Source: Myxococcota bacterium (GTDB lineage: Bacteria; Myxococcota_A; Bradymonadia; UBA7976; UBA1532). From it: a DNA stretch of 64,000 nt. Position numbers and translations under genes: made by a program. This document shows, piece by piece, positions 17,993 through 27,926 of the stretch. Positions within the stretch are counted from its first letter, which is position 1; every line of letters begins with the position of its first letter. The stretch lies in contig JAYZEG010000062.1 in assembly GCA_036337435.1 (NCBI GenBank), positions 130,817-194,816 on the forward strand, given 5' to 3'. Under the pieces are notes generated by a model. It was not told the origin of the DNA, ran no database searches, and saw only the letters and a program-made list of their open reading frames with translations.

Positions 17993-20215
17993 ATGAAGTT
18001 CACTTGCGACCAGTGTAGTACGCGTTATTCGATCTCTGACGAGAAGGTCGATGGCAAAGTTTTGAAGATCAGATGTAAGGTCTGCGAATTTACGATGGTG
18101 GTGCGCGGAAGTGATTCTCGGACGGGCGGTTCGGTGAGTGCCGTCACAGCTGCGGCCTCGAGCATCATGGAGCCGATCTACGAGATAGAATGGTATGCAG
18201 CACCGGATGGACAGCAGGTCGGTCCTGTTCCGCTGGAGCGGATTCGAGCCATGATTCGGTCGGGAATATTGACTGCTGAGAGCGTTGTATGGAACGAAAA
18301 CCTGTCAGACTGGACGCCGGCAGCCGAGATCGACGAACTCAAAGCGATGTTCGCCAGCAAACAAAAAGCCCCGCCACCTCTACCTCCGAAGCTCCAAAAG
18401 GCTGATGTAGCAAGCCCGGTCTCGCTTACGCCAACAGAGCCCTCGGTTGCCCCGGCCGGACGAATGGTCTCGCCCGATGCTACCATTCCAAATCAGCAGA
18501 GCGAGCGGGGAGATGCAACGACAGCCTTGTCGGTAGACAGTCCTCAAAGTGCTGTTGGACCCGTAACGGATCGGGCGACGCTTCAGTATTCGTCCCCCGA
18601 TCATTCAGAGCCAGGACTTCCATCGAGTGAAAGCCTCGTACCCGCGGCTGACGCTCTGTATGTCCCGGCGGCAACCCTCGATTTACCTGAGTCGGACGAT
18701 GAGCCATCTGCTCCAAGCGACACCTTTGCATCCTTGAGCAGTGAGTCTTCGTCTGGAGCAACATCGGGACAGGCTTCGTTGGTCAGCCAGGCCGACGGTC
18801 CAGAAGACGTTGGTGATTCAACCGAGTTAATGAGTCTAGTTGGCTTGACTGATGGGGGTGGTCATTCGGGGACTCAGGAGGCTGTTCCTGAGTACGGTGG
18901 GGCGGCCTTAAAAGACCAGTCAACCAGAAAAATTGAACGGCCAGAGTCCGATAGAGAGGGCTCTGTAGCTCCATTGGCAGCCGATCCAGTTAAACAGGCA
19001 GATGGCATAGAATCTGACTCTGTGAGCGCGCTCTCGATCCATGGATTACCGGCGATCGATGACGTGTCTGACGCGCCTGTGGCCGTCGATCAGGTCGAGG
19101 CAATGCCCGACGATGTGCCTACATTGAATATCTCGTCTCAGTCCAACGCAATAAACATTTCGAGCGAACCGTTACCCACATTCCCAACACAGCCGTCGTC
19201 TGTGGCGACAGAGCGTAGGGCTGGTCCTAAGGTTGGTAAATCATCTTCTTCGGTGTCCCCAGGGCTCGTTGTTGCTGCCTGTTTGATCGGCACTACGGCC
19301 ATGATTTGTGCTGTGATCTATTTCTCGGCGTATCGGGACAAAGTGGAGAGGAAGCGGGGCGTTGTTGTTCAAACTCAGGTGGATGCGTCGACCAGGGTCG
19401 CGTCTGCGCAAATCGTCGATGCGGGTCTGTCAGCCCCTTCGGTCAAACCGATGGTATTGCCAAGGGGTGCCGGTCAAGACGAGACAGATTCAAAGCAACG
19501 GCTAAAAACTGAAGCGGACAAACCGGTTGTTAAGTTGAAACCATCTGAAGTCGACCGTCGAAAATCTATCGAAGGGAAGTCCACTGCGAAAGCCGCTAAG
19601 CCAGATCGGAAAAAGTCGGACAAGGATAGGCCTAGGGGCGTGAGAAAAGGGGCGACTAAAACACGGTCCAGTAAAGCTAAGGCGTCGCGAACCCAGGAGA
19701 AAGCACGGCCAAGTGAGTCGAAAAAAAATGCTGTTGCGAGTTCGCCAAAGTCGAAATCGTCTTCAAAAGAACAGATATCATCGAAGCAAAAGAAGAAGGC
19801 AGAGCCGAGGACTCGTCGAAACTTTATGCTCGCCGGCGGTCCTTCGTCTAGTATTCCCGACCCGACGCTGAAGACACAGAAACAAGCTGCGAATCCAGGC
19901 CGCCAGACGAATGGCCTATCTCAAGGTGTCGTAAATGGTGTAGCAAGCCGGTACGTGGGTGCGATGCAGGGCTGTTACAACCGCCATTTGAAAAAGGACC
20001 CAACCTTCAATCCGGGGCGGTTGATGCTCAGGTTTCAGATTAGGCCGACAGGCTTGACGGCCAACGTACGAGTTCTGGGAAAAGGTGGCTCGTCACTGTC
20101 TAGCGGGATTTTGTCTAAGTGTTTGAAAAGACTCGTCAAGAGATGGAGGTTTCCGACGTTTCAAGGGGCTCCGTTCGATACACACTTCCCATTGGTCTTC
20201 CAGCGGCAATTCTAG
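17993..20215 (+). CDS. gltJ: GltJ/AgmX-family gliding motility protein (zinc ribbon, GYF_2, disordered linker, TM, TonB-C-like AgmX/PglI C-terminus)
   Basis: MKFTCDQCSTRYSISDEKV...IRCKVC; WY...QVGP...VWNENLSDW; one TM helix; GCYNRHLKKDP...CLKRLVKRWRFP. Confidence 0.75.
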   Translation: MKFTCDQCSTRYSISDEKVDGKVLKIRCKVCEFTMVVRGSDSRTGGSVSAVTAAASSIMEPIYEIEWYAAPDGQQVGPVPLERIRAMIRSGILTAESVVWNENLSDWTPAAEIDELKAMFASKQKAPPPLPPKLQKADVASPVSLTPTEPSVAPAGRMVSPDATIPNQQSERGDATTALSVDSPQSAVGPVTDRATLQYSSPDHSEPGLPSSESLVPAADALYVPAATLDLPESDDEPSAPSDTFASLSSESSSGATSGQASLVSQADGPEDVGDSTELMSLVGLTDGGGHSGTQEAVPEYGGAALKDQSTRKIERPESDREGSVAPLAADPVKQADGIESDSVSALSIHGLPAIDDVSDAPVAVDQVEAMPDDVPTLNISSQSNAINISSEPLPTFPTQPSSVATERRAGPKVGKSSSSVSPGLVVAACLIGTTAMICAVIYFSAYRDKVERKRGVVVQTQVDASTRVASAQIVDAGLSAPSVKPMVLPRGAGQDETDSKQRLKTEADKPVVKLKPSEVDRRKSIEGKSTAKAAKPDRKKSDKDRPRGVRKGATKTRSSKAKASRTQEKARPSESKKNAVASSPKSKSSSKEQISSKQKKKAEPRTRRNFMLAGGPSSSIPDPTLKTQKQAANPGRQTNGLSQGVVNGVASRYVGAMQGCYNRHLKKDPTFNPGRLMLRFQIRPTGLTANVRVLGKGGSSLSSGILSKCLKRLVKRWRFPTFQGAPFDTHFPLVFQRQF

Positions 20216-20276
20216 TGTGGGATAAATTGAACACCGCACTGGTTAAAATGCTCTGCGCAGGCTAGGATAGAGACCT

Positions 20277-21194
20277 ATGAACGATGAACAACTAGTTGAG
20301 CTTATTGCGAGTCGTGTCCGTGCCAGGTTAATGGCAGGCGGTGCCGGCCAGGGTTACACTCGGACTCACGGCGATGCGCCTAGCCATTCACAGCCTGGTT
20401 ACTCGCAGACGAATTTATCCGGACAGCACAACGACATGCCAGACGGTACAAACGAGTGCGGAATGTGTGCTGTCCAACGTCCTGATGGCACTTATGGTGC
20501 CGGTCACATCGGCCATGTTGGCGAATTGACGGGTGAAATAGCGAGCTATATCGATCACACATTGCTCAAACCTGAAGCGACTAAGGATCAGCTCTTCAAA
20601 CTTGCTGAAGAAGCTCGTAAACACCAATTCGCTACGGTTTGTGTCAATTCAGTCAACGTCCATATGATGGCGAGATTTCTGAATGGTAGTGGTGTACCTG
20701 TTTGCGCGGTTGTTGGCTTTCCCCTTGGTGCCATGAGCCCTCGTTCAAAAGCGTATGAGACTCGCGAAGCGATTCGTTGTGGTGCTGGTGAAATCGACAT
20801 GGTCATCAATATCGGAGCACTCAAAAGCGGTGACTACGAATTGGTTTTGAGGGACATAAAGGCCGTCGTTGAAGCCGCCAAGCCAATTGGCGTCAAAGTG
20901 ATCCTGGAGACGACAAAACTCGAACATAACGAGAAAGTCATCGCCTGTGCCTTGTCCAAAGCAGCCGGTGCGGCTTTTGTTAAAACCAGCACGGGTTTTG
21001 GCGGCGGAGGTGCAACCGTCGAAGACGTGACTCTCATGCGTGAGCTCGTTGGAACAGAAATGGGCGTGAAAGCATCCGGTGGTGTTCGAAGTAAGGAAGA
21101 TGTGAACGCAATGATCCGAGCGGGAGCCAATCGGATTGGTGCTTCGGCGAGTGTCGCGATCGTAACCGGTGGGAAGGCGACGGGGACCTATTAA
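20277..21194 (+). CDS. deoC: Deoxyribose-phosphate aldolase with an N-terminal extension of about 85 aa
   Basis: [53 protein letters not shown]. Confidence 0.96.
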   Translation: MNDEQLVELIASRVRARLMAGGAGQGYTRTHGDAPSHSQPGYSQTNLSGQHNDMPDGTNECGMCAVQRPDGTYGAGHIGHVGELTGEIASYIDHTLLKPEATKDQLFKLAEEARKHQFATVCVNSVNVHMMARFLNGSGVPVCAVVGFPLGAMSPRSKAYETREAIRCGAGEIDMVINIGALKSGDYELVLRDIKAVVEAAKPIGVKVILETTKLEHNEKVIACALSKAAGAAFVKTSTGFGGGGATVEDVTLMRELVGTEMGVKASGGVRSKEDVNAMIRAGANRIGASASVAIVTGGKATGTY

Positions 21195-21223
21195 AGGACT
21201 TCAGACCTCACCTTAAAACCCGT

Positions 21224-22600
21224 TTATCGAGGTCCACAATCCGCGCAATCAGTGCCGAATTCACAGACAGAAAAAGCAGCGTCAGGACCGCCATCGTCGC
21301 ATGCGCCGTCGTCGGCGAATGCACATGTATTCTCGCAAAGACCGTCGACATTGGGATTGCCCGGGGCTGCTTCAGCCGACGCGATTTCAATCATGACAGC
21401 ACCTGCTGAGTTTAGTCCGTAACCGTGGACGGTGATGAAATAGATTTGTCCAGCTTGAACCTGCATTGTTAGCCTTGAGGTGGTTCCGTTCCCTCCATCA
21501 TCATCGCAGGCCATTTCACTATTTGCATCGTTACACTGAGTCCGAGCCGTCAGCACGGTATCGAAACTAGAGCCGCTGGTATCGACTGAAATGATTTGAG
21601 TGTCAGGCAGCATCAATTGAAACACCAGGTCTGGTCCTATACCGCGATTTCCACAACTGGAGGTCAGGTCGTTGGGTGCTCCATTTGTGTTCGCCATGTA
21701 GAGACCCAGTGCATTGATTTGTTGCGGTGCTTGGCAGCTCGCACGGCCGTCTTGTGGCGGAACATCTCGACAAATGGTTAGGATGCAGTTCGGATCGTTG
21801 GCCGGGCAAGCGCACAGTTGGTCTGCTGGGCAATCCTCATCAAAAAAACACACGCCTCGGCACGTTCCATCAGCGCAAGTTAGGCCGAGAATGCAGTCGA
21901 AAGATGAAACGCATCTCTCTCCAAGTCCGGCGCCCTCTGAGCCGCCAGGTGCTCCATTATTTCCGCCGGTGGTTGCGCCGCCAACACATTCATTGGCGAT
22001 ACACTGGGCTCTTGGCGGGCAGTGATAATCTTCTGTGCAGCATCGTCGGTTTGGAAAGTCCTCGTCTGGTGTCCCGTCACAATCGTTATCTAAACCATCA
22101 CACCGTTCAGGTGTCGGGGTTGTATCGGCAACCTGACATTCCACAACTCCGGTTTCCAGATTGCATGCAAGTGTTCCAATACCCGTGCAACCGTTATCGA
22201 GTCGGTCTGTACAATTCATTCCGAGTCCCAGTCCTTCATCAGTCTGTCCATCACAGTCATCGTCGTGGGCGTTGCATCTTTCTAAAGTCGACATGCAGTC
22301 ACTCCATTGCCCATCAGTACAGCTTTGTTGACCGCACATTGAACCACAGGCTCGTCGCTGATCTGTTTGACACGCCTGTTCCGGTGTCGCTTCATCCGTG
22401 AGATTGCCCTGGGGGTCTGTTTGAATGGTTGGTAAGTCGGCCCCATCCATAGGCGTCGAATTGGGTGGTGGCTCCGCGTTCAAAACCGGCCGATCTACGG
22501 GTGCTTCGATTTGAATGACGCCCCCGTTTTGCTCCTCTGCGCCACAGCCTGTGAACAACACCCACACATACAAACAACTGTGAATTCCTAGCTTTCTCAT
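21224..22600 (-). CDS. Cys-rich lipoprotein with MopE-like repeats, a PPC-like domain and a C-terminal CDDGG module
   Basis: Lipobox LFTGC (start ATG 22600); ERCNAHDDDCDGQTDE, ERCDGLDNDCDGTPDE; DTSGSSFDTVL...CDDD...YFITVHGY. Confidence 0.85.
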   Translation of the reverse strand: MRKLGIHSCLYVWVLFTGCGAEEQNGGVIQIEAPVDRPVLNAEPPPNSTPMDGADLPTIQTDPQGNLTDEATPEQACQTDQRRACGSMCGQQSCTDGQWSDCMSTLERCNAHDDDCDGQTDEGLGLGMNCTDRLDNGCTGIGTLACNLETGVVECQVADTTPTPERCDGLDNDCDGTPDEDFPNRRCCTEDYHCPPRAQCIANECVGGATTGGNNGAPGGSEGAGLGERCVSSFDCILGLTCADGTCRGVCFFDEDCPADQLCACPANDPNCILTICRDVPPQDGRASCQAPQQINALGLYMANTNGAPNDLTSSCGNRGIGPDLVFQLMLPDTQIISVDTSGSSFDTVLTARTQCNDANSEMACDDDGGNGTTSRLTMQVQAGQIYFITVHGYGLNSAGAVMIEIASAEAAPGNPNVDGLCENTCAFADDGACDDGGPDAAFSVCEFGTDCADCGPR

Positions 22601-22685
22601 CTTATCACGTGCTCTCGGTGCCTTCTTTGCCTCGGTGATATACGTCTCAGAGTTGCGCTGAGTTAACTTTATGCTGACTGATAAT

Positions 22686-24404
22686 TTAGGTGCCTTCCTC
22701 GAGATTCTTTGCGCCAAGGGACATTGAAACTCGATACGTCAGCCACAAAACGACCAATAAGATGAGCGTACAACCAACCATCCAACTCAGCCGATTATAT
22801 GAAGGCACCGTGTTGTATGCCAAGAAATCGCGAATTCCAAGGAGCATTGGTGCGCTAAGCGTCGCTGTCAGAATCAGTAAAGAAGCACCTAATAACATGA
22901 AAAAAACACCACCAATGCTGCTGGCAATTCGTGTGGGGTTGTCCAGATGAAATGCGGGCCAAAGGGCACCTAGGCCAACGGCCATGCCGACAAGACTCAA
23001 GGTCGTTAGAGTGGCGATAACGACAGAAAATAAGAGCATCCAAGTAGGCAAATCTGTGATCCACCCGCTGCCTAAGGCCAGGATGACACTTAAAATAACC
23101 AACGGCCCACTGCCCCAAACGACTTTTGCCCAGAGCAAAGTTTGTGCAGGAAAGGGAGCAACACGGACGGTCCAAAACGCTTTGCCCTCAAGACTGATCG
23201 CTGGAAAGAGAAATCGAACAGCCAGGGTTGTCACCACCAGGCCGCTCAACGCGTAATTGACAAAGAAGATGCCGACGGAGTTGATTATCTTCGCATCTTG
23301 AAGTGACCGAAAATGTTTAAAATTAAACAAGTAAACGATCACTAACGCACCGATAAGTAGAAGCTGTGTCCACTGGGACGTGGTCCTGAAAAACAGTCGA
23401 TTGTCTCTGGCGATCAGTGATTTTAGAGGACCGTTCGGATAGGTCATTATAAACCAAGCTGCTTTGACGGATCCATCGTCTCGCTGCTGGTTTTGCCGGC
23501 CCATTTGTGCTGTGTCGTACGCTCTCAAATAGATACTCTTCGACACCCAAGCACTCAGTGCAAGGCACGAGATCGCTCCGGAGAGCAGCGTGATTAATGG
23601 TAATAGGACTTGGTTTGATTGGCCTTTAGCGAGCGCGAGTAATGCCTCAAGTGACCAGGTTGTTGGCACAAATACGTTTTCGCCCCCACCCAGTCCGGAA
23701 ATCAAGGACACGAGATCTTCAAATCCGTCAGGTTGTAGGAAACGTTCGGGCTCTGCGAGCCTGAAGGCCACGTAAAGAAAAAGAAATCCGACTACGGCCA
23801 GGACAATGAGTACATCTCGTGTCTTCTTAGCGGGAAGCCATGTTGCTAAAGAAAGAGTTGCCAAGCATCCCAACGCTGTTGCCATCACAGTGAAGGGGAA
23901 TAAGACGATTGGGATGCCCATGTAAAACCACCACGGCGCGTCTAGTACGGGGCCAACAGCCGCAAAAACAGGCACACCAAAAACCAAAACCATCCATGAT
24001 GATTGGGACCATGTGAAGACGAGGCGAGTCAGGAATAATCGACCGCTTGGTATTGGAGAAGACATCAATAATGTCAGATCATCGGCGAGCAAGAGCGTTG
24101 TAAAGCCTGCGATCAAATTTGAGAAAAGAAGCAAGCCGAAAAAGAAAACCAATATGATGTCTAGGGTGCGTCGAATCAGAATTTCAGCGAGGAATTCTGC
24201 TTGTAGAAATTGGCCAAATAACCAGTATGCACCAGCACCAGTCAGCCCCATAAATCCGATGCCCAGGATGGCAAAGAAAAAGAGTCTCAGCCGTTCTTTC
24301 GATCGGCCGGCCTTTGATTGGTTGACCAATCCACGTAATGCGGGCCAGATTAAATGCGAAAAACCCCTCAGCGGTGGAGGATATCCTTGTGTTTCTCTCG
24401 TCAT
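22686..24404 (-). CDS. Putative ABC exporter permease (ABC-2 type)
   Basis: Two TM bundles; DDLTLLMSSPI, RFLFPAISLEGKAFW. Confidence 0.8.
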   Translation of the reverse strand: MTRETQGYPPPLRGFSHLIWPALRGLVNQSKAGRSKERLRLFFFAILGIGFMGLTGAGAYWLFGQFLQAEFLAEILIRRTLDIILVFFFGLLLFSNLIAGFTTLLLADDLTLLMSSPIPSGRLFLTRLVFTWSQSSWMVLVFGVPVFAAVGPVLDAPWWFYMGIPIVLFPFTVMATALGCLATLSLATWLPAKKTRDVLIVLAVVGFLFLYVAFRLAEPERFLQPDGFEDLVSLISGLGGGENVFVPTTWSLEALLALAKGQSNQVLLPLITLLSGAISCLALSAWVSKSIYLRAYDTAQMGRQNQQRDDGSVKAAWFIMTYPNGPLKSLIARDNRLFFRTTSQWTQLLLIGALVIVYLFNFKHFRSLQDAKIINSVGIFFVNYALSGLVVTTLAVRFLFPAISLEGKAFWTVRVAPFPAQTLLWAKVVWGSGPLVILSVILALGSGWITDLPTWMLLFSVVIATLTTLSLVGMAVGLGALWPAFHLDNPTRIASSIGGVFFMLLGASLLILTATLSAPMLLGIRDFLAYNTVPSYNRLSWMVGCTLILLVVLWLTYRVSMSLGAKNLEEGT

Positions 24405-25172
24405 CTACGCTGCCGTGTATCCACCGTCAATAATGATTGATTGTCCGGTCAAATAGGCGGACTCATCGGAGGCTAGAAAAACAGCTGTACCTGCGATTTC
24501 ATCGGGCTGACCAAATCGCCCAAGGGCCGCACGGTCGGTGTATGATTTGGAAAACTCTGGATTATCAGTCAACAGTGATGCCAGTTTGGTTGCAACGAGG
24601 CCAGGGCAGATTGCATTGACTCTAATGTCAGCTTGGCCGAGCTCCAAAGCGAGTGTTTTCGTCATCGATACAAGGGCTGATTTAGTGAGCCCGTACACGC
24701 CTTGTAATGGTGACCCCAGGTGACCTTGGATCGATGCAATGTTGATGATTGACCCACCTTTTCCGGCGTCTAGAAGAGATTTGGCAACGCACCGTGTCGC
24801 CCAAAAAGGGCCCTTTAGATTTACGTCGAACGTTTTGTCCCAAAGTACGTCGGGTGCATCGAGCAATGGTCCAAAGTATGGACTGGTTCCTGCGTTGTTC
24901 ACCAAAATGTCAGGCGTGCCGATAGCCTCTCTCATTCGCGCGTAGGTTGTCTCGACATCCGATTGGCGACCGGTATGGCAACTGTATGCCCGAACGGGTC
25001 TTTGGTGAGACTCAGACAGTGTTTCGGCCACTTTGAGAATGGCATCGTGCTTGCGTGATGAAATAGCACATACTGCGCCTTCGGCCACAAAAGCGTCGGC
25101 GATCGCGAGGCCAATACCTCGGCTTGCGCCATTTATCCACGCGACCTTGCCGTCGAGACGACCCGCCATCAT
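24405..25172 (-). CDS. Short-chain dehydrogenase/reductase (DHRS4-like)
   Basis: GASRGIG, LVNNAG, YGLTK, IRVNAICPG. Confidence 0.93.
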   Translation of the reverse strand: MMAGRLDGKVAWINGASRGIGLAIADAFVAEGAVCAISSRKHDAILKVAETLSESHQRPVRAYSCHTGRQSDVETTYARMREAIGTPDILVNNAGTSPYFGPLLDAPDVLWDKTFDVNLKGPFWATRCVAKSLLDAGKGGSIINIASIQGHLGSPLQGVYGLTKSALVSMTKTLALELGQADIRVNAICPGLVATKLASLLTDNPEFSKSYTDRAALGRFGQPDEIAGTAVFLASDESAYLTGQSIIIDGGYTAA

Positions 25173-25252
25173 TTTCTCCTCAACCCAGCTATCAGTGCTT
25201 GGGACTTGACTTAAAATCTTGTTTCGTGACCATAGAGGCGGCCGAGACGTGT

Positions 25253-25843
25253 ATGCCCGATGTCTGGTGCCGCCAAATTAAACGGAGTTCCTCTTTGTTA
25301 CGATTGCCGATACGCCAAGCCTTCACCGCTTTCGCTTTTCTGTTCGTTTGTACCACATCTCAGTTAAATGCACAGAGTCCAAGCGCGACGGGCAGCGCAG
25401 ACAGCCCAGCGAACCGTGGTCAACTCGATAAAGTGGCCCAGCGGGTGAGTCGGCTGTCGGACCAAATGAACAGCCCTTATTGCAAGGGCAAGACCCTCAA
25501 GACCTGTACGAGTCCCAATGCGGCGACGTTGAGGCGTGAAATAGAAGTGATGATGAGGCGTGGTCTATCCGACGACGAGGTGATCAAACAGCTACAAGTT
25601 CGCTTTCCGGAAACAACGCTCAGCAACCCCGAACAACCCTGGTACACATTTTTTGTGCCATTTTTTCCGTATATTTTTGGCGCGAGCATCATTTTGGTCG
25701 TGCTGATGGCTTGGCGACGGGGTGATCAACCAGAACGAGTCGCGATGGCCGACGTTGACACGGAGACTTCTGGCCGAGGCACCAATGAAGAGAGAGAAGA
25801 CAGATTGGCCAGATTGCGGTCACGTGTGCATGGCGATGATTGA
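25253..25843 (+). CDS. ccmH: CcmH/CycL-like cytochrome c biogenesis protein
   Basis: Signal peptide; MNSPYCKGKTLKTCTSPNAATLRREI...GLSDDEVI; C-terminal TM helix. The start is uncertain. Confidence 0.65.
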   Translation: MPDVWCRQIKRSSSLLRLPIRQAFTAFAFLFVCTTSQLNAQSPSATGSADSPANRGQLDKVAQRVSRLSDQMNSPYCKGKTLKTCTSPNAATLRREIEVMMRRGLSDDEVIKQLQVRFPETTLSNPEQPWYTFFVPFFPYIFGASIILVVLMAWRRGDQPERVAMADVDTETSGRGTNEEREDRLARLRSRVHGDD

Positions 25844-25870
25844 AGATTGCCAAAGAGAAGGAGCATAGAG

Positions 25871-26470
25871 ATGAGATCGATTTTATTAATGAGTGTTTGT
25901 TTTGGTATCGTCGCTTGCCAAAAGAAGGCGGATGACGCGACCAAACAACCTGCTGTGAGCGCAAAAAAGGGCCAGCTGACCCAGGCTCCCGTCCAGAAAG
26001 CCACCATCAAGCCCAGACCCAATCCACATGCGCAAAAACCGACGTCGATGCCGACGTCAATGCCGACGTCAATGCCAACCTCGATGCCATCCAAGCCAAC
26101 GGGTCAGAGTGGCGCGATTGAGGGGACGATTTCCCTCGCTCCAGGCCTTGAGAAAAATGTGCGTGCGGGGCAAACCCTGTTCATCTCTGTTCGCCAGGAC
26201 GCAGGTGAAGGGAAGAAAGGAATGATGCTTGCCGCGCAGAAGGTCGACGTGACAGGTCCCCAGATCTTCCCACTCAAGTATCGGGTGAGCGGACGTGATG
26301 TTATGATGCAGGGCACTGTGCTTGCCGGTCCAATTCGCGTTTACGCCCGAATCGATCAAGACGGCGATGCGATGAGTAAGCAGCCTGGAGATCTGACTGG
26401 GTTTGTCCAAGGGGTCCGAAAAGTCGGTGACAAAGGCGTCGACATGCTCCTTGATTTCATCATTAAGTAG
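25871..26470 (+). CDS. Lipoprotein with a CcmI/CycH C-terminal-like Ig domain
   Basis: Lipobox IVAC; IEGTISL, TLFISVR, LAAQK, FPLKY, ARIDQDGDA, PGDL. Confidence 0.7.
   Translation: MRSILLMSVCFGIVACQKKADDATKQPAVSAKKGQLTQAPVQKATIKPRPNPHAQKPTSMPTSMPTSMPTSMPSKPTGQSGAIEGTISLAPGLEKNVRAGQTLFISVRQDAGEGKKGMMLAAQKVDVTGPQIFPLKYRVSGRDVMMQGTVLAGPIRVYARIDQDGDAMSKQPGDLTGFVQGVRKVGDKGVDMLLDFIIK
26039..26089 (+). repeat. 12-bp coding tandem repeat, 4 copies (PTSM)
   Basis: ccgacgtcgatg ccgacgtcaatg ccgacgtcaatg ccaacctcgatg cca. Confidence 0.9.
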
Positions 26471-27059
26471 TCTCGAATTCTTTTTTTTCGAGGTGGGCTT
26501 GGGGTGAATACCCAAGCTCTTTCGCGGACTCGATGTCGTTCATATTGTAGAACGCCGCCGGATTGTCGGCCCTCAGCCAATCTACCCTCAAACCGCCGAG
26601 CAGTTCTTTGAAACTTACATCGTCGTTGCGAACTCGCTCAAGGAGCTCCAGTCCGATTGTGCTGCGCCATAAACTGACCAGATATTGGGGGTGTCCATCT
26701 GCTCGGTAAAGGCGCACGTCGACTTTTGAACATGGGTGGAGTCCATCCAGTGTGTCTTTCTCAATACAGGGCAGGTCGCAGGCCAAGACCCGGACCCACT
26801 CGGTTTTAGCGGCGAGCAGTGCCGTCACCAGTGCGCCCGGCGCCCCTTTTCCAATGACTTTATCTTCGATAATCGGCAGGCCAAGCCCTAGATAAGGTGC
26901 TTTCTCATTCCCGACCAGAAAAGTGGACTCCCGATCACACAAACTGACCGTTCTCTCTATGACCGAGACGCCGTTGCGAGTGAACAGGGCCTTTCTTAGG
27001 CCTCCCATACGCTGTGCGCGACCGCCCATCAAAATTGCCGTTGAGATCTCTTGAGCCAC
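26463..27059 (-). CDS. mobA: Molybdenum cofactor guanylyltransferase
   Basis: AILMGGRAQRMGGLRKA, GKGAPGAL, LACDLP, FYNMN. Confidence 0.8.
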   Translation of the reverse strand: MAQEISTAILMGGRAQRMGGLRKALFTRNGVSVIERTVSLCDRESTFLVGNEKAPYLGLGLPIIEDKVIGKGAPGALVTALLAAKTEWVRVLACDLPCIEKDTLDGLHPCSKVDVRLYRADGHPQYLVSLWRSTIGLELLERVRNDDVSFKELLGGLRVDWLRADNPAAFYNMNDIESAKELGYSPQAHLEKKEFETT

Positions 27060-27067
27060 AGTGATCG

Positions 27068-27784
27068 CTACACTTTGCCTGCAGCAAAATCGTGGAGGAA
27101 GTTTCTCATGATGAGTCGACCTGTCGATACAGGCTTAAGGGATTTCAAAAGGTGAGACGCATGACCTGGGCCAAATTCAGAATCGATCGCCTCGGCCCGA
27201 ACTGTGATGTAATGCCCGATAATGTCCACATCGAATTCTGGATGCCACTGAACAGTTCTGGTTCGTTTACCGATGGCCATCGCTTGATTTTCAGTATTTT
27301 CGTTCGATGCGATAATCGTCCCAACGCTCGGCGGCTCTAGGACGGCATCAACATGGGTTTGTATGACCGGGAACGACCGTGGTAATCCCTCAAAAATTGG
27401 GTCTTCGCCGTTCTGGGTGACGACTGAAATGCCGATCTCTCGTCCTGCTGGATTGACGCCTACAGTGCCACCGAGGCAGTCACCGATCAATTGGTGTCCA
27501 TAACAGATCCCGAGAGTCGGGATTCCTGCGTTGACAACCTCTGTCATAAATCGTCCCGACGCAACGGACCAGTCCTCATAATCCACCACGCAATGTGCAC
27601 TGCCACTCACGATCAGTGCATCGACATTGTGTGGATGTGGCAGAGTCTCACCTCCAACGGCATCGACAACGTGGAAGCGGTCGGGTGACCACCCTGCCAG
27701 TTGTGCATACCAAAGGTCGAAATCACCTCGCCTTGCAGCGAGTTCGGGCATCGTATGCCCTGTCATGAGGATTACAGGTTTCAT
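27068..27784 (-). CDS. Class I glutamine amidotransferase-like protein
   Basis: LGICYGHQL and VQWHPEF catalytic-triad motifs. Confidence 0.9.
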   Translation of the reverse strand: MKPVILMTGHTMPELAARRGDFDLWYAQLAGWSPDRFHVVDAVGGETLPHPHNVDALIVSGSAHCVVDYEDWSVASGRFMTEVVNAGIPTLGICYGHQLIGDCLGGTVGVNPAGREIGISVVTQNGEDPIFEGLPRSFPVIQTHVDAVLEPPSVGTIIASNENTENQAMAIGKRTRTVQWHPEFDVDIIGHYITVRAEAIDSEFGPGHASHLLKSLKPVSTGRLIMRNFLHDFAAGKV

Positions 27785-27926
27785 TTCATTAGCATGAGTG
27801 AGTCTTTGCCTTTGATCAAACCGTTATCTCAATTAGACGTTTAACGCGCCGTACTTTGTAGTCGTAAATTGACGGGATATCGGTGTATTTTTGCTTCGGT
27901 CATCCACGGCCTGATGGTGAGATTAC

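Noticed and set aside
21727..22401. 224-aa plus-strand ORF and similar ORFs opposite the Cys-rich genes
   Set aside because: They are antisense to clear lipoprotein genes and have no recognisable features.
22686..24404. ABC permease lacking an adjacent ATPase, considered as a pseudogene
   Set aside because: The ORF is full-length and intact; the ATPase can be encoded elsewhere.
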